NCBI GenBank assembly: GCA_045590575.1
Contig: JAZNRG010000155.1
Location: 1 to 45,127, forward strand
Direction of reading: 5' to 3'
DNA length: 45,127 nucleotides
From: Acutalibacteraceae bacterium
GTDB taxonomy: Bacteria > Bacillota > Clostridia > Oscillospirales > Acutalibacteraceae
The notes below the pieces were generated by a model. The model had not been told where the DNA came from. It did not search any database and was given only the letters and a program-made list of their open reading frames with translations. The stretch's first letter is position 1. The number at the start of each line of letters is the position of its first letter. Shown here in pieces: positions 36,936 to 45,127 of this stretch. The translations under genes were made by a program, and so were the position numbers.

Positions 36936-38663
36936 TCAACATTCATATTGATGTTCAACCAGCTCTCCGCATTCCGTGATCCTGTAAACCCTTGTGCAGT
37001 ACTGCAGCATACTGGGTCTGTGGGTAGTGATTATGCGGGTTCTGTTGGGATACTGTTTCATCATATTTGCAAGGACCGCTTCTTCCGTTTTTGCATCGAG
37101 GGCACTTGTTGCCTCGTCCATAACAACAATCGGAGCATCACGGAGAATAGCTCTTGCGATGGACATTCTCTGGACTTGTCCTTCAGAGAAATTGACGCCT
37201 TTTTCGCTGATTTCGGTGTTGATTCCGCGGGGTAATTCGCTGATGAAACTCCACGCATCGGCTGTTTTGAGAGCATCAATAATTTCTTCATCGGTTGCCT
37301 CGGGTTTAACAATTCTGAGGTTATCCGCAACCGTGCCCGAGAAGATTGCATTGCCCTGAGGAACATAGGAACAGAACCTTCTTGTGCACTCTGAAACAGG
37401 GATTTTTTCACCCTCTTTTGACTCCAGAATCAGCTCGCCTGAATCGGCTTCAACGAGGCCGAGAATGAGCCTGAGAAGCGTTGTTTTTCCTTCACCCGAA
37501 GGGCCTACAAAAGCAATTGTTTCGCCTGCTTCGGCTCTGAAAGAAACGTTTGCCACAACGGGTTTATCGCCGTCGGGATAAGTATATTTAAGGTCATTGC
37601 ATATAATTGTAACTCCGCTTTCATCGGCGGATTTTTCCATTTTTTCAGCTGTTTTTGTATCCTTGTGTTCTTCAAGAGGAAGGTCGGTGATTTCCATTAT
37701 TCTGCCCGCCGATGTGGCAATCGAAATCGCTCCGGGAATAAGCGAAACAAGGGATGAAAACGAACCTGTAAGCTGACCCGAAATCTGCAGAAACAGGGTC
37801 ATTGTGCCGTAAGAAATCGCACCCTGCCAGAGTCTGTAAACGCCCCACCCGTAGCAGGTGTAAGCAACAATCAGACCGATAAGCGACATACAAAGGCTCA
37901 TAATGATTGTGAATCTGTCGTGGTCGAGCTTGATTTTTCGGTGAAGCTGAAGATTTATTTTCATCTGATCGACGTATCTTTTTGTTATGTCAAAAGCCTT
38001 GATTGTCTGCAGATTCTGAATTGATTCGGAATAAAACGAAAGGATTTTTCCGTTCATTTCGCGGCTTTCTTTGTTATATTTACGCACCATTTTTGTTGTG
38101 ATTTTAGAAGAAAAAACGAGGAACGGCGCACTCATAAACGCAAAAATCGCCATCGTCGGGTCATAATAAAGAACTACCGCAAGGCATCCGATGAACTGCG
38201 CGGAAATGGTGAAAACATTGGGAATATAAGAGATTATGCTGGTTGAAACAGCATTAACATCTCCCTCTATTCTGTTGAGAAGTTCGCCTGAATGATACCT
38301 GCGGATATCCTCCCATTTTGAATAGGTGACGTGCTCATAAACTCCGCTTCTTATCTCCATGCTTATCTTGCTTCCCACAACGCCTGCAATTCTCGAAACC
38401 GCCGCTCCTACAAGAATCTGAGTTACCGCAAACGTGACGGCAACAACGGCACTTTTGATAATCGTTTCCGTGTTGTGCGTAACAACGGAGTCTATCAGAT
38501 ATTTTGATGCAACGCTTGCACCGAGACCCATTGCAGTGCTCAGAAGTCCGATAACAACATAGAAAAATATCTGCAATTTATACTTTGAAACATATTTCAG
38601 AAGCCATTTCCATTCCTTGCCGAGCGAACGAAAAAGCTCGATATATTCACCGGGTTTTTTCAT
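36936..38663 (-). CDS. ABC exporter, fused permease/ATPase (no C39 peptidase domain)
   Basis: TM domain, GPSGEGKTT, FSEGQVQR, MDEATSALD and TTHR. Confidence 0.93.
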   Translation of the reverse strand: MKKPGEYIELFRSLGKEWKWLLKYVSKYKLQIFFYVVIGLLSTAMGLGASVASKYLIDSVVTHNTETIIKSAVVAVTFAVTQILVGAAVSRIAGVVGSKISMEIRSGVYEHVTYSKWEDIRRYHSGELLNRIEGDVNAVSTSIISYIPNVFTISAQFIGCLAVVLYYDPTMAIFAFMSAPFLVFSSKITTKMVRKYNKESREMNGKILSFYSESIQNLQTIKAFDITKRYVDQMKINLQLHRKIKLDHDRFTIIMSLCMSLIGLIVAYTCYGWGVYRLWQGAISYGTMTLFLQISGQLTGSFSSLVSLIPGAISIATSAGRIMEITDLPLEEHKDTKTAEKMEKSADESGVTIICNDLKYTYPDGDKPVVANVSFRAEAGETIAFVGPSGEGKTTLLRLILGLVEADSGELILESKEGEKIPVSECTRRFCSYVPQGNAIFSGTVADNLRIVKPEATDEEIIDALKTADAWSFISELPRGINTEISEKGVNFSEGQVQRMSIARAILRDAPIVVMDEATSALDAKTEEAVLANMMKQYPNRTRIITTHRPSMLQYCTRVYRITECGELVEHQYEC

Positions 38664-38865
38664 AAAATCCCCCTTGAGATTAATTTGCATAAGATACCCC
38701 ATTTTAGTTGATTATAACATAAATCACAATATAATTACAAGATATTTTATATAAAAATAAATATAATATTATATTGACTTTTCAGAAAATATATAATATA
38801 ATTTTTTTAATTATAATGGAGTAATGTGGACGATTATCTTTTTTGATTTTCGGCTGCGTTTGGCT

Positions 38866-39720
38866 ATGAAGAAATTTTATTCTATCTGCAAAAAACTGAT
38901 TTGCATTGAGGCGGACTTCTTCCCCGGTGATAATCCTCAGTGGGCGCAGTTTGAATCCGAAGCCGGCGAACCCGATATAAACATCAGCTGCGAAGTGTGT
39001 GAACCTTTCCCCGAAATGCAAGGTGAGGTCAGAGGCACCGCAAACGAGTTTACCGTTTCGGTTGACGGCGATTCTGTTTACCGCGCTCGGCCGATGGGCA
39101 ATGTTGACGGCGTTCTCGTCCGTTATATTAACGGAAGTTCTGACTGCGAGGCTTATTTTACTTCGCAGAGCTTTCCGGTTATGATGGACAGCCGCTATAT
39201 GTGGAGTTCGGTTTCGCTCGCTCAGATGCTTCTGCCGCAAAACGCATTTTTCCTGCATTCGTCGTTTATCTCGGTGGGCGGAAAAGCGGTTTTGTTTTCC
39301 GCTCCATGCGGAACGGGCAAGAGCACTCAGGCAGCATTATGGGAGAAACATCGCAATGCCGAAATCATCAACGGTGATAAGGCGGGTCTTGTAGTTGAAA
39401 ACGGTGTTTACGCCTGCGGAGTTCCTTTCTGCGGAACAAGCAGAATTTGCAAAAACCGTGTTCTTCCTCTCGGTGCAATCATTTTGCTCGGTCAGTCAAC
39501 AGAAAACAAAATCAGCCGCTTAACGGGAATCAGAGCATTGCAGGGTATTCTGCAGAATGTTTATCTTGATTTCCTTGCTCCGAACGAACAGCTGAGGATT
39601 TTCGATTTACTCATAAAGCTTCTCGAAACTATTCCCGTCTATTCGTTTGAATGCACTCCTGATAAAACCGCTGTTGATACTCTTGCAAACGCTTTGATTG
39701 ACGGAGGTGTGATTGAATGA
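38866..39720 (+). CDS. HPr-kinase-like P-loop protein, paralog 2
   Basis: FLHSS...AVLFSAPCGTGKSTQA.LW...NGDK...PFCGTS..C.NRVLPL. Start uncertain. Confidence 0.75.
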   Translation: MKKFYSICKKLICIEADFFPGDNPQWAQFESEAGEPDINISCEVCEPFPEMQGEVRGTANEFTVSVDGDSVYRARPMGNVDGVLVRYINGSSDCEAYFTSQSFPVMMDSRYMWSSVSLAQMLLPQNAFFLHSSFISVGGKAVLFSAPCGTGKSTQAALWEKHRNAEIINGDKAGLVVENGVYACGVPFCGTSRICKNRVLPLGAIILLGQSTENKISRLTGIRALQGILQNVYLDFLAPNEQLRIFDLLIKLLETIPVYSFECTPDKTAVDTLANALIDGGVIE

Positions 39721-40793
39721 GTTTACCGTTTGAACTTTTCATGGCAGACCTTATGTCAAAAGCGGATAAAAATTCGATTCCTCTTTCGGGTGCATTTGAA
39801 CTGACATCCCGTTGCCCTCTCGATTGCAAAATGTGCTATGTTCACCGCAAAGAAAACGATTGCGAAGCCATAAAGCAGGAAAAGAGCACGGAATGGTGGC
39901 TGAATCTCACCGAGGAAGCGAAAAACGCAGGTATGCTTATGCTGCTGTTAACAGGCGGCGAACCTCTGCTGAGAAAAGACTTCGAAGAAATTTATCTTAA
40001 CGCCAAAAAATCGGGCTTGCTCGTTTCGGTTAATACCAACGGTTTGCTGATTGATGATGAAAAGATAAAGTTCTTTGCGGCGAATCCTCCGCAGAAGCTC
40101 AACATCACTCTTTACGGTGCTTCGGAAGAAACCTACCGTAATCTGTGTGGCAACGGCAAGGCATACAAAAAGGTAATCGAAGCAATAACCAAGCTCAAAG
40201 CGGCAGGCGTCAGCCTGAAACTCAACTACACCGTAACGCAATATAACCGCCACGATGCGGCGAAGATTTATGAGTTTGCAAATGAGCTCGGGCTCCCCGT
40301 TCAGACGGTAACTTATATGTTCCCGCCCGTCAGGGCAGGCGGCGAGGCAGAGCGAATGTCGCCCGAAGAAACGGCAAACGCAATGTTTGACTGCCATATG
40401 CTCGACTGGGGATGCGAAAAATTCAGAACCCACCTTGAAGCAAAACCCAATATCGTCAGAGACCCCGAAGCGGGCAACAAAATCCCCTGCCGTGCAGGAA
40501 GCAGCACCTTCTGGGTAACGTGGGACGGCAAAATGACCCCCTGCGGAATGATGACGAAGCCGATGTTTGAAATCGGCAATTTCAACGATGCATGGGGATG
40601 CATCAAAAAATCGAGAGAGAAAATTTTCCTTCCGTCCGAATGTATAACCTGCGAGCTGAGAAACTGGTGCGATATGTGCGCGGCAATTCCTCTTGCAGAG
40701 TCGGGCGAATTCGGAGTTGTGCCCGAATACGTCTGCAAAAAAGCGGCGGAATACAAAAAACTGTGTGACGGATTTATACAAAATCCGCAATAA
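39717..40793 (+). CDS. Radical SAM/SPASM domain protein, paralog 2
   Basis: CPLDCKMC and TGGEPL; CRAG..DG..PC..CITC..WCDMC...VC. ATGA overlap with the kinase gene. Confidence 0.95.
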   Translation: MSLPFELFMADLMSKADKNSIPLSGAFELTSRCPLDCKMCYVHRKENDCEAIKQEKSTEWWLNLTEEAKNAGMLMLLLTGGEPLLRKDFEEIYLNAKKSGLLVSVNTNGLLIDDEKIKFFAANPPQKLNITLYGASEETYRNLCGNGKAYKKVIEAITKLKAAGVSLKLNYTVTQYNRHDAAKIYEFANELGLPVQTVTYMFPPVRAGGEAERMSPEETANAMFDCHMLDWGCEKFRTHLEAKPNIVRDPEAGNKIPCRAGSSTFWVTWDGKMTPCGMMTKPMFEIGNFNDAWGCIKKSREKIFLPSECITCELRNWCDMCAAIPLAESGEFGVVPEYVCKKAAEYKKLCDGFIQNPQ

Positions 40794-40809
40794 ACGATTT
40801 TGCCTTCAC

Positions 40810-40953
40810 GGCTTCCTCTGATGAGTAAGCTGTCGCATAGCGACTGAAGGAGAGATAGATTTTGCGTAAAACAATAAAACGCAAACGCTTCTGCTTATTC
40901 TCTCCCTCCGTCTTTTGCTTCGCAAAATCCACCTCCCTCGTCAGAGGGAGGCT
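40810..40953. repeat. REP-like palindromic intergenic element, copy 2
   Basis: Contains the reverse complement of 13890-13927 plus CCTCCCTC/GAGGGAGG and GTCGC/GCGAC hairpins. Confidence 0.8.
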
Positions 40954-41044
40954 TCACCAACTAAGCAACCCCAAAAATCATTGTCCAAGAAACAATTTGG
41001 ATTTAATATAGATTTTTCACAGCAAATTTTATGGAGGTAATTTT

Positions 41045-44000
41045 ATGAAAAAATTTGTCAAGCCACTGATTGTCGTGCTGCTTGTAGCTGCAATGCTTGT
41101 TCCGACAATCGCGATGATTATGTCATCGGCAGCAGCCGGCACCTACCCCGTTGAGCTCGGCTTCAACAACCTCTTCATTTTTGAAGAGTGGGCAAGCAAC
41201 GAAAACTCAACCTCAGTTGTATTCGGCGGCGCAAAAGACGTCGGTACATTAACAACAGATATTTCCAACGGCAGCTTCAGGCTCACTAAAACCAACACAA
41301 GCGTGCCTCAGGTTTACAACGGCCACGGTGAGGACAAAGCAAACTCAATCAACAATACGGACTATTACTCAATGGATGTTGAGCCCAACACAACCTATAT
41401 GTTTTCTTATGATGTCTCGGGTAATGTTTTCAGCACTGCAGATTCAGGTGTCACTCCTTATCTGTTTATGTTTGACAGCGATTTCCTTTGTAAGGTAACA
41501 TATGAGGCTCCGGGAGCAAGTCAGGGTGCTAACAGCTTTATGTTTATTACTCCTTCCGATGTTGCTCATATCCAGTTCAGATTCACCCTCACATCAGGTG
41601 CAAAACCTTATGCCGATATCAGCAATATTTCGGTTACCAGATGTGATGTTACCCTTGATTCAACAACCAATCTTTTCAACCTTGACTCATGGAGAAACAG
41701 TTCAAACAATGCCGTGTCCGCTTTCTATGGTGCAGGTACTGTTGCTGCAGACAGCGAAGGCATTAATATGACTACAAACAACAGTGGAGACAGCCTTTTC
41801 ACCGCCTTTGACCTTGAAAACAACGCCGGCTATTACAACATTCCTGTTGCTGCCAACACCTCCTATGTGCTCAAGTATAACCTTGTCAATAACGCAACCG
41901 CTGACTTTATGGATTTTTCTCCCTACATTGTCAGAAGCACAAGCAGCGGTGCTGTTAATTATGACTATGTCAGCGGTGTCGGTGCTTCGGGTTACGGAGC
42001 AAACTCTGCTATATTCACCACAAAAGGCGATACAGCCTATATTTCGATTGTATTTACCATCAATAACAACAAGAATGTCTGGGGCTGCAGAATCAAAGAC
42101 ATTGAGCTTTGGCAGGTAACGGAACTTGATAACAACAAGATGTCACCCAACCGTCTTGTTAAAACCTACGGTGAAGATGCAACCTACGGCACACTTCCTA
42201 CCCCCACAGCTCCCGAAAACCATGTTTTTGCAGGCTGGAACACAAAGGAAGACGGCACGGGTATGCGCATTGCCGCCGATACACCCGTTCAGCCCCGCAG
42301 CTATACCGTTTATCCCAAATTCGAGCCTGCTGTTGACAGTCTTACCGTTAAAACACAGCCTGCCAGAACAACTTACACCATTGGCGAAAAGCTTGACACA
42401 ACAGGTCTTGTTCTTCAGGCAATCATCACCTCCGAAGACGGAGAAACAAATACCTTTGATGTTGCTTCGGGATATTACTGCACTCCCGAGGTGCTTAACA
42501 CCGTCGGAACTCAGACCGTTACCGCCTCCTACGGCGGAAAAACCGCAACCTTCACCGTTACGGTTACTGACGGCGACCCCGGTACTGTTACTGTCAACGG
42601 TGTTTCAACTGATGTTGCAATAGCAAACAAGGAATATACCTTCAACTACAGCACCTCAGCATTCAACCGCTATGAGGTAACCTATAAATCCGATTCCTAT
42701 GTAGGCGCTGTTGCTACCTTCAACGACGGCAAAACAGAGGAATTCTTCCTTGAGCCATCCGAAAACGGAACCTTCGGTTCTTATGTTGACAATCTCTTCG
42801 GCGGCAACACCTACACTCAGGTTGCTAAAATCAAATTTACCACTCTTGACAAAGAAAACGGCAATTTTGAACTGTTTTCGCTCAAAACAGTTAATAACGG
42901 AACGCCTGATGAAATCATATCCTTCTCAAACAACAGAACCTATGAGATGGGCATTTCGCTCAAAAACGGCGGCGTTGTTTCAGAACTTTATGACCTTGGC
43001 AACGACGTTGTTGCCCGTACCTATAGAACCACCTACAACGGCTCAAGCATAGAGCAAACCCGTGTTGATACAAAAGAAATGTTCAATGCCGGTATATACA
43101 ACAGTGAAGGCACTTACACCGGCACACAGAGCGAAAAAGTCAATCTTATCAATACATATGACGCAGGTCGATATCTTCAGCAGTCGTATTACGGCACAGA
43201 TGATAAGCCCTACATTCAGAGCAAATATAACAACGCAGACTGGCCCTACAACCCTGTTCAGGGCGGTAATGCTGTTAAAGAAGCCAGTAAGATTATTGAT
43301 TACAAAGTAACCAATGATTATGTTTATATCAAGGCACGTCCCCTTGACTGGGCAAAATGGTCGGATGATTATGCCGAAAACGCCAACAGAACCGGTTACG
43401 AAGCCATCTGGGGTGATGATTATATCACCGATACCTATGTTGAAGCTTGGTATTATTTCCAGGACGACATAATCAAGGTAACCAACAGAAAGGTCGACTA
43501 TTCCGGCCTTCCCGAGGCATCCCATTCTCAGGAATACCCCGCACTCTACCTCATTGAGCCTCTTAACCACTTTGTTTATAACAATGTTTCCGCAGCAAAC
43601 GCCTGGGCAAATGATTCCTGCGAGGCTCAGAAAAACGTGGACTATGTACTTCCTACCACCGGCACTTCAACATATTGGAACATTAAAAGCCAGATTCAAG
43701 ACAATAAACTTATGAATATCGAAGAACCCGAATATTGGGGTCTTGTTCAGATGTATAAAGATAAATTCGGAATAACCAACTATGAGCCCTGGGTTGATGC
43801 CAACGAAAACTGGGCTGCATTCACCGCCAGCGAAAATCCGGACAGCTACGGCGTAGGTCTTTATACAGATACTACAACCAAGTTCTATTACGGCATACAG
43901 CCTGAAGTGTACCAGCAGAAAGCGGGTGACTACGAAGGCTCGGTTGGTGAAGTTACCGACAACCCGGCATACAGACATGCAAAAACCATCACCCCCACAA

Positions 44001-45127
44001 GTGAGCTTGCCACCTCATATATCGCACCCACCGACACTGCAGTCTTCAGAAGCTTCGAGCCCACAGAATTTACATATTATCTCGCAACCGGTACCGCATC
44101 TGAAATCCGAGAAGATTTCAGAGATATCAGTAAGGCTTCCGATGAGAGAGCAAAGCCCAAAATTGCTGTTCCCGAAACTGTTTACCTTAATCCTGCAAAC
44201 AACCAAGACGGTCAGTATTACGCAACTAACGTACTGAACCCGAACAACTACTACAGTGTTGAAACCAAGACAGAATATACAGATATGTACCTTGGTGTAT
44301 ATGCTCCGGGCGGTACAAATATCAGTGTCAGCATTTCAAATGTTACCAATCCCGACGAAAACGTCGATGTTCGTGCCGCAGACGGTTCTGCATCCTATGA
44401 CGGTATTATTTTCGGATTTAATGAAGACACCGATCCGAATGAAGGCACGTTTATTTTCCCTGCAGGCCTGGATATGGACTTTGTATCAGGAGGTCTGGAG
44501 CCCGGTGAGAAAGCTACCGTAAGGTGGGATATAGTTGTTTATTACGGCGATCCCAATAATTCTTCTACCGTAAAAGAAACCTTCGTAGCCTACACCGTTA
44601 TGTATGCACCCCACCGCACCGTCGGTGCTGTTGCTGAAGCCCGTCAGGTTGCCAATTCAATGCACGAAGTTTCGTCATGGATTACCGGTGCCAACGGTGT
44701 TGACCACTCGCAGAGAGCTCCTCTGGGTACCTTCAAAGGCGACTACCGTAACTCCGGTTACTTCAGAGAAGATCCTTTGGTATATACCAACCCGCCCACA
44801 GGCGGTTCAGGTCAGACCGCATATGACTATATTTTAGGCTACGGCACACAAAACGGAAGCAACGACGACTATCAGGATGACTGCTACGTTATGCAGACAG
44901 CAACCAACGACCATGACTCTTCAAGAGCACGAAGCTACCTCGGCTTGCTGACAATTGATAAATCACGTTATACAAACACAAACCAGATTCCCAACCTCAG
45001 AATCGGTTATGACGTTCTCAGAATCGGCAGCTATGTAAAGAACTCGCTCGGTAAGTACAACACCTATTACACACTCGGCACAGATTCATCTTACACCGCA
45101 ACTTCTCTTTCAGAAGCTCCCAGCGGC
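41045..45127 (+). CDS. Giant secreted multidomain protein (>1360 aa, truncated by window) with InlB B-repeat-like and bacterial Ig-like modules
   Basis: GGAGG RBS; signal peptide MKKFVKPLIVVLLVAAMLV. YGTLPTP...FAGWNTKEDGTG (B-repeat) and LTVKTQPARTTYTIGEKLDTTGL (Big_3-like). Absent from the ORF track because it has no stop in the window. Confidence 0.85.
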   Translation, partial: MKKFVKPLIVVLLVAAMLVPTIAMIMSSAAAGTYPVELGFNNLFIFEEWASNENSTSVVFGGAKDVGTLTTDISNGSFRLTKTNTSVPQVYNGHGEDKANSINNTDYYSMDVEPNTTYMFSYDVSGNVFSTADSGVTPYLFMFDSDFLCKVTYEAPGASQGANSFMFITPSDVAHIQFRFTLTSGAKPYADISNISVTRCDVTLDSTTNLFNLDSWRNSSNNAVSAFYGAGTVAADSEGINMTTNNSGDSLFTAFDLENNAGYYNIPVAANTSYVLKYNLVNNATADFMDFSPYIVRSTSSGAVNYDYVSGVGASGYGANSAIFTTKGDTAYISIVFTINNNKNVWGCRIKDIELWQVTELDNNKMSPNRLVKTYGEDATYGTLPTPTAPENHVFAGWNTKEDGTGMRIAADTPVQPRSYTVYPKFEPAVDSLTVKTQPARTTYTIGEKLDTTGLVLQAIITSEDGETNTFDVASGYYCTPEVLNTVGTQTVTASYGGKTATFTVTVTDGDPGTVTVNGVSTDVAIANKEYTFNYSTSAFNRYEVTYKSDSYVGAVATFNDGKTEEFFLEPSENGTFGSYVDNLFGGNTYTQVAKIKFTTLDKENGNFELFSLKTVNNGTPDEIISFSNNRTYEMGISLKNGGVVSELYDLGNDVVARTYRTTYNGSSIEQTRVDTKEMFNAGIYNSEGTYTGTQSEKVNLINTYDAGRYLQQSYYGTDDKPYIQSKYNNADWPYNPVQGGNAVKEASKIIDYKVTNDYVYIKARPLDWAKWSDDYAENANRTGYEAIWGDDYITDTYVEAWYYFQDDIIKVTNRKVDYSGLPEASHSQEYPALYLIEPLNHFVYNNVSAANAWANDSCEAQKNVDYVLPTTGTSTYWNIKSQIQDNKLMNIEEPEYWGLVQMYKDKFGITNYEPWVDANENWAAFTASENPDSYGVGLYTDTTTKFYYGIQPEVYQQKAGDYEGSVGEVTDNPAYRHAKTITPTSELATSYIAPTDTAVFRSFEPTEFTYYLATGTASEIREDFRDISKASDERAKPKIAVPETVYLNPANNQDGQYYATNVLNPNNYYSVETKTEYTDMYLGVYAPGGTNISVSISNVTNPDENVDVRAADGSASYDGIIFGFNEDTDPNEGTFIFPAGLDMDFVSGGLEPGEKATVRWDIVVYYGDPNNSSTVKETFVAYTVMYAPHRTVGAVAEARQVANSMHEVSSWITGANGVDHSQRAPLGTFKGDYRNSGYFREDPLVYTNPPTGGSGQTAYDYILGYGTQNGSNDDYQDDCYVMQTATNDHDSSRARSYLGLLTIDKSRYTNTNQIPNLRIGYDVLRIGSYVKNSLGKYNTYYTLGTDSSYTATSLSEAPSG

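Noticed and set aside
1-45127. tRNA/rRNA genes, reverse transcriptase systems (DGR, retron) and known riboswitches
   Set aside because: No recognisable sequence signatures by eye; a covariance-model scan would be needed to exclude them fully.

Overview
Accessory region of a spore-forming Clostridia genome (gut Oscillospirales/Acutalibacteraceae-like; taxonomy is inferred from gene content only). From left to right it holds: a partial secreted protein and a 1687-aa dockerin-bearing surface protein with a ~250-nt highly structured 5' leader; an orphan 3' half of the sporulation gene spoVAD that begins at an att-like inverted-repeat site; a galacturonokinase-like GHMP kinase plus nucleotidyltransferase; a GH98-like protein; an XRE/ECF sigma/anti-sigma module; a 2696-aa multidomain GH2; a RiPP-like cluster (YxxP-leader Cys4 peptide ending in Ser, HPr-kinase-like protein, radical SAM/SPASM, PqqD/RRE); a large serine recombinase; a low-GC surface-glycan block (GT10, GT-like, pyruvyltransferase, MBOAT, SGNH-like); an ABC exporter; a second kinase + radical SAM pair; and another giant secreted protein running off the end. 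The two strongest leads are (1) a probable recombinase-excised element splitting spoVAD and (2) a lasso-like kinase/RRE cassette with radical SAM in place of a lasso cyclase. All family calls come from motif recognition by eye, not database searches.
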